This document shows, in pieces, positions 24,913-32,000 of a DNA stretch of 32,000 nt. Under the pieces are notes generated by a model. That model made no database searches, was not told where the DNA came from, and saw only the letters and a program-made list of their open reading frames with translations. Made by a program: the position numbers and the translations under genes. The number at the start of each line of letters is the position of its first letter. The first letter of the stretch is position 1. Source of the DNA: an uncultured Pseudomonadota bacterium (lineage in GTDB: Bacteria > Pseudomonadota > Alphaproteobacteria > Acetobacterales > Acetobacteraceae); NCBI GenBank assembly GCA_963849305.1, contig CAWKGV010000005.1:365430-397429 (forward strand), read 5' to 3'.

Positions 24913-25419
24913 TCAGGCGGCGAACGGGTGTTTTACCTGATCACGTTGGCGCACCACCTCGGCTACCTTCGGCTCGCCGCGGACGGCACGCGCGATCGCT
25001 TCCTTGGTGGCGCGATAGTTGTAATCCTGGATCTTCTTGTCGTCCGCTGCATCCCAATGGATGAACACGCCGACGCAAATGAACAGGTCGTCGGCCTCGC
25101 TCTCGGGGATGATGCCTTCCGCCACGCTGTCGGCCACAGCCTTGCCTACGGCGTGCTGCGCCGGGCCGAACATTTGCACCGCTTGCTTGGCGCCCTTGAT
25201 GGTGACTTTGTTGTACAGGATCGTGTTGGGCTTGCACGCCAGATTCGGCGCGACCAGCGCGAGCAGCGCGGTGAAGCCCTCCTTGTTGTTGGTGAGCGCA
25301 TTGCAGAACGCCGCTTCCGCGGCGCTCCCGCGGGGGCCGATGATGAGGTCGATGTGCGCCACCTCGTTGCCGTCGCCGACCAAGGACTCCCCCACACAAA
25401 CCTTGTTGACAGTCGCCAT
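24913..25419 (-). CDS. fae: Formaldehyde-activating enzyme (5,6,7,8-tetrahydromethanopterin hydro-lyase)
   Basis: ATG at 25419 with GGGAGAG upstream. [32 protein letters not shown]...CKPNT...[11 protein letters not shown]...VFIHW.AADD.KIQ.YNY.ATK...HPFAA is nearly colinear with Methylorubrum Fae as I remember it. Confidence 0.95.
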   Translation of the reverse strand: MATVNKVCVGESLVGDGNEVAHIDLIIGPRGSAAEAAFCNALTNNKEGFTALLALVAPNLACKPNTILYNKVTIKGAKQAVQMFGPAQHAVGKAVADSVAEGIIPESEADDLFICVGVFIHWDAADDKKIQDYNYRATKEAIARAVRGEPKVAEVVRQRDQVKHPFAA

Positions 25420-25510
25420 AGCGGTGCTCTCCCTGTTGTTCGCCAGACCGGTGCGACGCCCGGCCGGGCGCACACGGCGGCCCGGAGCCTATGTGCTCTC
25501 CGGCATCGAC

Positions 25511-26365
25511 TCAATGCTCCTTGACGCCCAGAACCATTTCGTCGCGCAACCGCCAGGCGAACAAGGTCGCCACGGTCAGATCGGCCGAGGTACCCGGGTT
25601 GATGCTGTGCCGCTTCAACGCGATGTCCCAGGCGAGCAGATCGGGCAACAGAAGCGACGGATTGCGGCTGGCGAGGAATCGCTGCCGCATGAGGCGCGCC
25701 TCCGTTCGCAGGCGGCCGGCTGCCTCAGGGCCGAGCTTGCGCCCCACATGGCTGTCCGGCCCGGCGGCCAGATGACAGAGATAGGCCGCGAGCGTCGCCC
25801 AGACCCCGTCGCCCCAGCGTTCCAGCGCCACCGCGTACGCCGTCATCGCCTCCCCGAACACGTCGGCGAAGCCGGTCACATATTGGCGAGCGATGCGGTC
25901 CCGCTCGGCCGCCTCGGCCATCGCGACTGCCAGCGGGACCGTAGGGGGCGCTCGCACATCATGGCGCGCCGCCGTCCCGAGGCCGCCCGGGGAGGCGAGC
26001 ACGATCGCCTGGAACACCCCCCGTGCGTCATCGATGCTTGCCTCCGCAACGAAGCGTCCGGCAGCCGCCTGAACCTCTCCGCCTGCTTCCGCCGCCATCG
26101 CGAGCGGCGCGCAGAGCAAAATAATGCCGAGATTGGTGTTCTGACCCACCGCCCGGCGGGTCGCGCGCACCGCGCCCAGCACACGGGCTCCAAGCGGAGC
26201 GGCAGGCGCGCACAGGCCCGGAGCAGCGGCCTCGGCGCTGCGCAGGAAATCATCCGCCGTCATGCCGTGACCCGGGGCGTTGGCATGGACGTTGCCCGGC
26301 TTCGGGGCGGCGATCTCCTCGGCGCAGGCGGCGCGAAATAACGCCGCGATCCGCGCCGGCCCCAT
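25511..26365 (-). CDS. Triphosphoribosyl-dephospho-CoA synthase (CitG/MdcB)-like protein of the H4MPT cluster (orf7-like)
   Basis: ATG at 26365 (TGATG overlap with the upstream stop). Sequence: ..AAPKPGNVH......QNTNLGIILLCAPLA...INPGTSADLTVATLF. Confidence 0.7.
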   Translation of the reverse strand: MGPARIAALFRAACAEEIAAPKPGNVHANAPGHGMTADDFLRSAEAAAPGLCAPAAPLGARVLGAVRATRRAVGQNTNLGIILLCAPLAMAAEAGGEVQAAAGRFVAEASIDDARGVFQAIVLASPGGLGTAARHDVRAPPTVPLAVAMAEAAERDRIARQYVTGFADVFGEAMTAYAVALERWGDGVWATLAAYLCHLAAGPDSHVGRKLGPEAAGRLRTEARLMRQRFLASRNPSLLLPDLLAWDIALKRHSINPGTSADLTVATLFAWRLRDEMVLGVKEH

Positions 26366-27246
26366 CACCGCAGTTGCGCGAGCAGCGCGGCCGCGATCCG
26401 TGGCGCGATCGGCGCGTCGCACACGCGCTGCAACCCGCGCCAAGCCGGCATGCTGTTCACCTCCAGGACCAGGAACTTGCCATCGCGATCGCGCACCAAA
26501 TCGACGCCGGCATAATCGGCGCCCACCGCGGCCGCGGCGCGCAGAGCCAGGCTAGCCAGATCGGGACCAGGCCGCAGCCTCTCAGGCGTCCCGCCACGGC
26601 GGATGTTGGTAACCCATTGATCCGCGCAACGAATCATCGCCCCCAGCACTTCGCCCGCGCAGACGAACACGCGATAGTCGCGAAAGCTATTCTCCCTGCT
26701 GGATACCAGCCGTTGCAGGTAGTAGATGCCGGCCACCTCGGCCGGAGCCGGCAGGTCGTCCGGCCCGGCGATCAGGCGCAAGCCTTTCCCCTCCGCGCCG
26801 AACAGCGGTTTCAGGACCAGCGCGCCGCGCGCTGCCTCCCGCGCCGCCAACTCGCACGCGGCCTCCAGGCCCTCCACGGTCCAGGTCGGCGGCGTCGGCA
26901 CGCCGGCGCGGGCGAGCATGAAGCTGGTCATGGATTTGTCCACGCAACGCTCGATCGCGCGCGCGTCGTTCCACACCGGCACGCCAAGCTCGCGCAGCGC
27001 ATGGAGAATGCCGAGCCGGCGTGTCACCTCCTCGAAGCTGCCGGCAGCGATCGCGCGGACCAGGACCGCATCGGGAAGCGCGCCGCCGAAGCCGGGCATA
27101 CAGATGCCGTGCGGCACCGTGGTGTCGAAGTGGCATTCGGCCAGGCGCATGGCGATCGGCTCGGCGCCGAGTCCGCGGAAGGCGTCGGTAAGCTGGCGCG
27201 CGTGCCAATCGGGCTCGTCTCCGGCAAGCGCGACGCGCGGCGCCAT
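26365..27246 (-). CDS. RimK/MptN-family ATP-grasp alpha-L-glutamate ligase (orf5-like)
   Basis: ATG at 27246 (TGATG overlap). Sequence: ...WNDARAIERCVDKSMTSFMLARAGVPTPPTW...LVLKPLFGAEGKGL...RVFVCAGEVLGAM.R....WVTNIRRGG...AGVDLVRDRDGKFLVLEVNSMPAWRGL. The 712-aa track ORF is an out-of-frame extension across the upstream gene. Confidence 0.8.
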   Translation of the reverse strand: MAPRVALAGDEPDWHARQLTDAFRGLGAEPIAMRLAECHFDTTVPHGICMPGFGGALPDAVLVRAIAAGSFEEVTRRLGILHALRELGVPVWNDARAIERCVDKSMTSFMLARAGVPTPPTWTVEGLEAACELAAREAARGALVLKPLFGAEGKGLRLIAGPDDLPAPAEVAGIYYLQRLVSSRENSFRDYRVFVCAGEVLGAMIRCADQWVTNIRRGGTPERLRPGPDLASLALRAAAAVGADYAGVDLVRDRDGKFLVLEVNSMPAWRGLQRVCDAPIAPRIAAALLAQLR

Positions 27247-28400
27247 CACGCGGCCGAACGGTACACCGCGCGTTCGAACGCATCGAGCAGGCGCAGCACG
27301 GCCGCGTCGGCGAACGGCAGGATCTGCGTGAACACCGCGCCCGCCACGCGCCGTGTCGGGTCGAGCCAGTAATAGGTGTTGTTGAGCCCTGCCCAGGCGA
27401 GGCTGCCAGCGCTGCGTCCGCCCGGCACCGGCTCGGTGTTGATCAGGAAGCTCAATCCCCATTTCTTGCGCATCCCGGGGAACAGCTCGCAGTCGTTCGA
27501 CGACGAAGACACGACGGAGCGCATCGGCTCGACATCGATCTCGCCCATGTGGTTCTCCTCCATGAGCGCGACGGTCTGGGACGCCAGCACCCGCGCGCCG
27601 TCGAGTGCGCCGCCGTTCAGCAACATGCGCAGGAACCGCATATAGTCGTGTGCGGTCGAGTACAGCCCGCCGCCGCCGGGGAAGAACTCGCGCGGCGGAT
27701 TGGCCTCCACATGCAGCGGCACCAGGCCCTCGGCCTGGCGCGCGTGAACCGTGGCCAGTCGCGCCTCCATGTCCGGGCGGACGATGAAGCCGGTGTCGCC
27801 CATCGCCAACGGCGCGAAAATATGGTTGCGGAAGTAGCTCTCCAAATCCTCGCCACTCGCCGCCTCCACCATGCGCCCGGCCCAGTCGATGTTGATGCCG
27901 TACTGCCAGCGTTCGCCGGGATCGAAGGTGAGCGGCATGGCGAGGCCCGCGAGCTTGCCGGAGCGCGCGGCGGGGATGCCCATGTCGCGGCTGTAGCGCA
28001 ACAGGTCGGCGTTCCAGATGTCGTAGCCGAAGCCCGCGGTGTGGGTGAGGAGCTGGCGCAACGTGATCGGCCGCTTCGCCGGGCGCAGGCGCGGCTTGCC
28101 GGCCGCATCGAAGCCTTCGAGCACTTGCGGCTCGGCAAGTCCCGCCACCACTTCGCCGGCCGGCTGGTCGAGCGCGAGCCGCCCCTGCTCTATCATCTGC
28201 ATCGCCGCCACCGCCGTCACCGCCTTGGTCATTGAGGCGATGCGGAACACTGCGTCGATGGTCATCGACACGCCATCGGGCACTGCGCGGCCGAACGCGG
28301 CTTGATAGACGATCGCCTCGGGCGTGCCGGCGATCGCCACGACGCCAGGCACCGCGCCGCTCTCCACCGCTGTTCCCAGAACCTGGTCGATCTCGCGCAT
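27246..28400 (-). CDS. Beta-lactamase-fold serine hydrolase (class C / family VIII esterase-like)
   Basis: SxxK motif in FRIASMTKAVTAVA, followed by LLTHTAGFGYD, PGERWQYGINIDW, GGGLYSTAHDYMRF and GSLAWAGLNNTYYWLDP. ATG at 28400 with GGGGAAG upstream. The track starts one codon earlier, at TTG. Confidence 0.8.
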   Translation of the reverse strand: MREIDQVLGTAVESGAVPGVVAIAGTPEAIVYQAAFGRAVPDGVSMTIDAVFRIASMTKAVTAVAAMQMIEQGRLALDQPAGEVVAGLAEPQVLEGFDAAGKPRLRPAKRPITLRQLLTHTAGFGYDIWNADLLRYSRDMGIPAARSGKLAGLAMPLTFDPGERWQYGINIDWAGRMVEAASGEDLESYFRNHIFAPLAMGDTGFIVRPDMEARLATVHARQAEGLVPLHVEANPPREFFPGGGGLYSTAHDYMRFLRMLLNGGALDGARVLASQTVALMEENHMGEIDVEPMRSVVSSSSNDCELFPGMRKKWGLSFLINTEPVPGGRSAGSLAWAGLNNTYYWLDPTRRVAGAVFTQILPFADAAVLRLLDAFERAVYRSAA

Positions 28401-28477
28401 CAACGCTTCCCCTGCCCCGGACAGACGACGATGATAGCGTCTCAGCCCACGAATAGTCGAACACGTAAGGACCGCTT

Positions 28478-29369
28478 ATGAACGCGACCCACGGCACGAC
28501 CACGTATCGGACGGCCGATATCGACGGGATACGAGTCTTCTATCGTGATGCCGGACCTGGGGACGCACCGGCGATTCTGCTGCTGCATGGCTTTCCGTCA
28601 TCCTCGCGCATGTTCGACACGCTGATCCCGCTGCTCGCGGATCGGTATCGCCTCATCGCACCCGACTATCCGGGGTTTGGTCACAGCGAGGCGCCCGACC
28701 CGAATAGCTTCGCCTACACGTTCGACCATCTTGCCGCCACGGTGGGTCATTTGATCGAGCACCTTGATGTATCGCGGTATGTCCTGTTCATGCAGGACTA
28801 CGGTGGACCGATTGGGTTCCGCATCGCGCTCGCGCATCCTGAACGGGTCCGCGTCATCGTCATCCAAAATGCCGTCGCCCATGAGGAAGGTCTCGGCCCT
28901 TTGTGGGAGCCGCGCAGGGCATACTGGCGGGATCGCACCGCCCATGAGGCAGCCCTGCGCTCGAATCTCCCTGTCATTTGAGGCCACTCGGCAAAGGCAT
29001 TTGGGGACCAGCCCGCATCCGGAACGCTATAATCCGGACACCTGGACCGATGAGTTTTCGTTCCTCTCGCGGCCCGGCCAGGCCGAGATCCAAAGCGAGC
29101 TGTTCTTCGACTACCGTACGAACCTCGCCTCATACCCGAAGTGGCAGGCCTATTTGCGCCAACACCGGCCGCCCCTTCTTGTGGTGTGGGGCAAGTACGA
29201 CCCGTCATTCGCGACAGCCGGCGCGTTGGCGTACGCGCGCGAAGTGCCCGAGGCCGAGATTCATCTCTTGGAGGCGGGCCATTTCGCCCTGGACGAAGCT
29301 ACGGACGATATTGCCCGCCTAACGCGCCGGTTCTTGGCGAAGAATGGAGTTGAAGGCGCATCTCCCTGA
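28478..29369 (+). pseudogene. Alpha/beta hydrolase (epoxide-hydrolase / haloalkane-dehalogenase-like) with a +1 nt frameshift
   Basis: The first frame (28478..28981) carries LLLHGFPSSSRMF and the nucleophile region FMQDYGGPIGF, then stops after ..EAALRSNLPVI*. The family continues in the next frame (..SLSFEATRQRHLGTSPHPERYNPDTWTDEF...LVVWGKYDPSF...EAGHFALDE) to 29369. Removing one C from the CCC run at 28969-28971 joins them as ..RSNLLSFEATRQRH. Confidence 0.75.
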
Positions 29370-29376
29370 TCGCTGA

Positions 29377-29523
29377 GCTGCATTCACACGCGCGCGACCT
29401 GGCTTGAGGTCTGGTACTAAGCCCCACTTGGTTGCATTGCCGTACTCCACGGCTGCATTTATTCACGCGACCTCACCGTCTTCGCGAGCCAGTTGGGTGA
29501 CATTCGCGCAAACAGATTGTCAC
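29377..29523. promoter_or_regulatory. Repeat-rich upstream region of the ferritin-like gene: direct repeats GCTGCATT..CAC..GCGACCT (29377-29400, 29452-29473) and inverted repeat GTGACA-N15-TGTCAC (29497-29523)
   Basis: Read directly from the sequence. This is a lower-G+C intergenic segment 108-254 bp upstream of ATG 29631. Confidence 0.3.
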
Positions 29524-29630
29524 GAGAATAATTCAAACGATCGCATGGTTATCTGCATCCAGATCAAACCCTCGGCCGTATGCCCCCGCCGTCGCCGTCG
29601 CGGCGGGTGTTACAGTTCGGGGAAATACCT

Positions 29631-30549
29631 ATGTCGAAAGATACGAGAGAGCACGATCCAGCCTCCGAGGTTGACCGCCGCCGGCTGATGAAGAGCATTG
29701 GGTTCGGTGCCGCCGGGGTCACGGCGTTGAGCGCGCTCGGCACCGCCGGCCTGGCATTGTCGAGCAAGCCCGCTTCCGCGCAGGGGGTGTCCGACGCGGA
29801 CATCTTCAATTTCGCCCTTAATCTCGAATACCTCGAAGCCGAGTACCTACCTCCGGGCAACCACCGGAAGCGGTTTGCCGCAAAACCTTACCAGCGGCAC
29901 TGGAACACAGGGGACTGTGACCGGCGGTTACCAGGTGCCGTTCAAATCTCACGCGGTCGCGGGCTACGGCGCAAAGATCGCCGCGGACGAGATGGAGCAT
30001 GTCCAGTTCTTGCGGCAGGCGCTCGGGGCGGATGCCGTAGCCGAACCGACGATCGACTTGCAGACAAGCTTCACCACCTTGGCGGTCGCGGCGGGCCTGA
30101 TCCAGCAAGGACAGACATTCGACCCGTTCGCCGACGACCTGTCGTTCATGCTCGGTGCCTTTATCTTCGAGGATGTCGGCGTAACCGCCTATGCCGGCGC
30201 GGCGGGGTTGTTGACCAATCCGTCAGACGTCACATACGCTGCCCAGATCCTCGCGATCGAGGGATATCACGCGGGCGCGATCCGCGCTTATTTGTCAGCA
30301 AGACGACAAGGCCAAGCGACTGACGCGATCGCCACGCTGCGTCAGCAATTGTCAGGCGTGACGGATTACGGCACCGACGCGCAGGGCTTCAAATACAACA
30401 TCTCCGACGACAGCAATATGGGGCTCGCGTTCACGCGCACCGCCGGGCAAGTGCTGGCGATCGTCTATGGAGGCGGCACGACCAGCGGATTGTTCTACCC
30501 GGACGGCGTCAACGGCACGATTACGACCGCTACTCCGGCTTCAGGCTGA
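29631..30549 (+). pseudogene. Tat-exported ferritin-like domain protein with a +1 nt frameshift at codon ~72
   Basis: ATG at 29631 gives MSKDTREHDPASEVDRRRLMKSIGFGAAGVTALSALG..ASAQG (twin-arginine signal), then DADIFNFALNLEYLEAEY. The family continues in the +1 frame (YLRATTGSGLPQNLTSGTGTQGTVTGGYQVPF...ADEMEHVQFLRQALG...FEDVGVTAYAGAA...ILAIEGYHAGAIR). The extra C is at 29846/29847, in GAGTACCTACCTC. Confidence 0.7.
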
Positions 30550-30575
30550 ATCAAGGCTCGACCGCGGCGGTCTGG

Positions 30576-31583
30576 TCATCCGTCGCGGTCGAGACCGCTC
30601 GCGGCATTCGACCGATGTTCAACCTGCTCCATCGTGCAGCTCTGGGGATCCTTGTCGTCGCGCAGGCGCAGCAGGCGCGAACCGTGGCGAAACTTGCCCG
30701 CCGTGATGTGGTCGGCGCTGACTTCCACCACCAAACGCGGCTCGGCCGGCACCGGTTCGCGCTCGCGCGTCGACCACCGGCTCGGCCCGCCTGGCATATT
30801 GCCGGTAAAACCGCCACGGCCGAGCAACGGCCGGACCAGCGCCTCGGTTTTCGCATCCCCCGGCGGACAGCGGCCGACATAGCTAAGCCGCCCCTCGCGG
30901 TCGTACAGGCCGAGCAGTAAATATTCGATCCGCTGCGTGCTCGCTTTGAAATAAACGCCGCCCACCACGCAATCGACAGTGTGCCAGAGCTTGTATTTCA
31001 GCATCGTCCGCCGCCCCGGCTGATACGCGAGGTCCAGGCGCTTGGCGATGATGCCATCGAGCCCCTGGCCGACATTCTTCAGCCACCGCCGTGCGTCAGC
31101 CGGAGAACGCGCCTCTTGGGCGAGCCGCACGCCGGGCGCGCGGCCGATCTCCCTGAAGAGCGCATCGAGCGCCGCGCGGCGCTGCGCGAACGGGCGGTCC
31201 AGCAGCGAGCAGCCGCTCGCGTCGGCCAGCAGATCGAAGGCGACGAAGGTTGCCGGATGCTCGCGCGACAGGCGCGCGATGCGTGATGCCGCTGGATGGA
31301 GGCGCAATTGCAGGGTGTCGAATTCGGCACCCTCGATCATCAGCTCGCCATCCAGGACAAATTGTTGCACGGAGAGCGCCCGCAGGTTGGCTGCCACCTC
31401 GGGAAAAAAGCGGGCCAGGGGCCGCTGCCGGCGCGATTGCAATTCGATATCGTCCCTGGCGCGGAAGGCGACGCATCGAAAGCCGTCGTATTTCGGCTCG
31501 AACGCCCAGCCCGGTCCGTCCGGCAGCTCATCGACCGGCTCGGCCTCCATCGGCTCGAGGTCAAGCGGGACAGGCCAGTTCAT
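30576..31583 (-). CDS. ATP-dependent DNA ligase, ligase-domain-only (LigC-like)
   Basis: Motif I EPKYDGFR (adenylation lysine), followed by FVLDGELM, FVAFDLL, LDGIIAKR and MLKYK, with an OB-fold tail. ATG 31583 overlaps the upstream TGA (ATGA). Confidence 0.85.
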   Translation of the reverse strand: MNWPVPLDLEPMEAEPVDELPDGPGWAFEPKYDGFRCVAFRARDDIELQSRRQRPLARFFPEVAANLRALSVQQFVLDGELMIEGAEFDTLQLRLHPAASRIARLSREHPATFVAFDLLADASGCSLLDRPFAQRRAALDALFREIGRAPGVRLAQEARSPADARRWLKNVGQGLDGIIAKRLDLAYQPGRRTMLKYKLWHTVDCVVGGVYFKASTQRIEYLLLGLYDREGRLSYVGRCPPGDAKTEALVRPLLGRGGFTGNMPGGPSRWSTREREPVPAEPRLVVEVSADHITAGKFRHGSRLLRLRDDKDPQSCTMEQVEHRSNAASGLDRDG

Positions 31584-32000
31584 CGTGCCGAGTGCTGCTC
31601 GCGCGGCTGCGGCAGAGGCGCGCCGGGCGCCTCGGTACGCGCCTCGGCAAGCAAGGCATCGCAGCGATGGTGGTCGCTGCTACCGAATTGAATCGTGGGC
31701 AGGACCGCGAGCGGGGCGAGCAGCACCCCGAGCGCCCCCGCCGCGGCGCCGCGTGCCACGGTCTGGGCGCTGGGCAGGATGCTCGGGTGCTTGAACGTGC
31801 CGCCGATATTGATTGGTCCCGGCAGCGAGCCAATGCTGAAATGCTTGGGCGCCGTCCTGATCTGGAGATCAAGCGCCTCTTTACGTAAGTCGATGGTGCC
31901 GGTGGTATTGACGACGGCCTCCGCGGTATCGAGCACAAGCGCGCGCGTGCGCATTATCCCGTGCTGCAAGGCGAAGTCGGCAACCAGGCATTCGACCATG
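31580..32000 (-). CDS. AsmA-family protein, C-terminal ~140 codons; the 5' end lies beyond the right edge of the window
   Basis: ..VVNTTGTIDLRKEALDLQIRTAPKHFSIGSLPGPINIGGTFKHPSILP...HHRCDALLAEA resembles AsmA-family C-termini. The reading frame is still open at nt 32000. Confidence 0.55.
   Translation of the reverse strand, partial: MVECLVADFALQHGIMRTRALVLDTAEAVVNTTGTIDLRKEALDLQIRTAPKHFSIGSLPGPINIGGTFKHPSILPSAQTVARGAAAGALGVLLAPLAVLPTIQFGSSDHHRCDALLAEARTEAPGAPLPQPREQHSAR

Noticed and set aside
25457-25470. Perfect 14-bp palindrome CGCCCGGCCGGGCG between the CitG-like gene and fae
   Set aside because: It is pure G/C and can form only a 5-bp stem with a 4-nt loop. Such palindromes are common in DNA of this composition. 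I could not tie it to a promoter or terminator.
25037-26341. 434-aa plus-strand ORF
   Set aside because: It is antisense to fae and the CitG-like gene, both of which have strong family signatures.
26365-28503. 712-aa minus-strand ORF suggesting one giant protein
   Set aside because: Only the last 293 codons (from ATG 27246) show the ATP-grasp signature. The upstream two-thirds is an out-of-frame read across the beta-lactamase-fold gene (27246..28400) and is Arg/Gly-rich.
1-32000. Search by eye for CRISPR arrays, tRNA/rRNA genes, IS elements, integrases and toxin-antitoxin pairs
   Set aside because: I found no spaced direct-repeat arrays, no cloverleaf-like or rRNA-like segments, and no transposase or integrase motifs in any track ORF. 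The only dispersed repeats are the REP-like palindromes.

Overview
High-G+C, alphaproteobacterial-looking chromosomal window, almost fully coding and dominated by C1/methylotrophy cofactor genes.

Gene order, left to right:
1. The 5' part of a CDF metal-efflux gene, with a triple GTGTACAC array upstream.
2. A small defence-type islet: an MmeI-family Type IIL restriction-modification gene broken by one in-frame TAG, a REP-like G/C palindrome, and a Uma2 nuclease gene.
3. An ArsR::SAM-methyltransferase regulator plus the cobalamin-dependent methionine synthase metH. A tiny CobW-like ORF lies divergent to them.
4. A six-gene minus-strand operon with overlapping stops and starts. It encodes the PQQ-dehydrogenase-associated ABC system (LivK-like binding protein, YVTN beta-propeller, ATPase, ABC-2 permease). 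From memory, this module is lutA/B/E/F (lanthanide transport) in Methylorubrum. The operon is extended by an unknown secreted protein and a PPOX-class flavoprotein.
5. Divergent to that, a five-gene overlapping operon for methylofuran/tetrahydromethanopterin (H4MPT) biosynthesis: an unknown secreted Cys-pair protein, an MfnB::FolB fusion, an amino-acid-kinase-fold protein, a dihydropteroate-synthase-like protein and a DUF447 protein.
6. A lower-G+C three-gene insertion: SAM-methyltransferase::TPR, a DUF5996-like protein, and a frameshifted chloroperoxidase-type hydrolase.
7. More H4MPT-linked genes (hydantoinase-fold protein, HisA/HisF-like, fae, CitG-like, RimK/MptN-like ligase), in an operon headed by a beta-lactamase-fold hydrolase.
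8. Two further frameshifted accessory genes: an alpha/beta hydrolase and a Tat-exported ferritin-like protein.
9. An ATP-dependent DNA ligase whose start overlaps the stop of an AsmA-like gene.

I recognised no rRNA, tRNA, CRISPR array, transposase or integrase.

I do not see a self-evident new multi-gene system. The best leads are:
- the extended lut-like operon and the uncharacterised secreted proteins flanking the shared divergent control region;
- the amber-split Type IIL enzyme;
- the MfnB::FolB fusion;
- the hydrolase coupled to the H4MPT/methylofuran ligase operon;
- four inactivating lesions that all fall in accessory genes.

All family assignments come from motif recognition by eye and memory. 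No searches were run.
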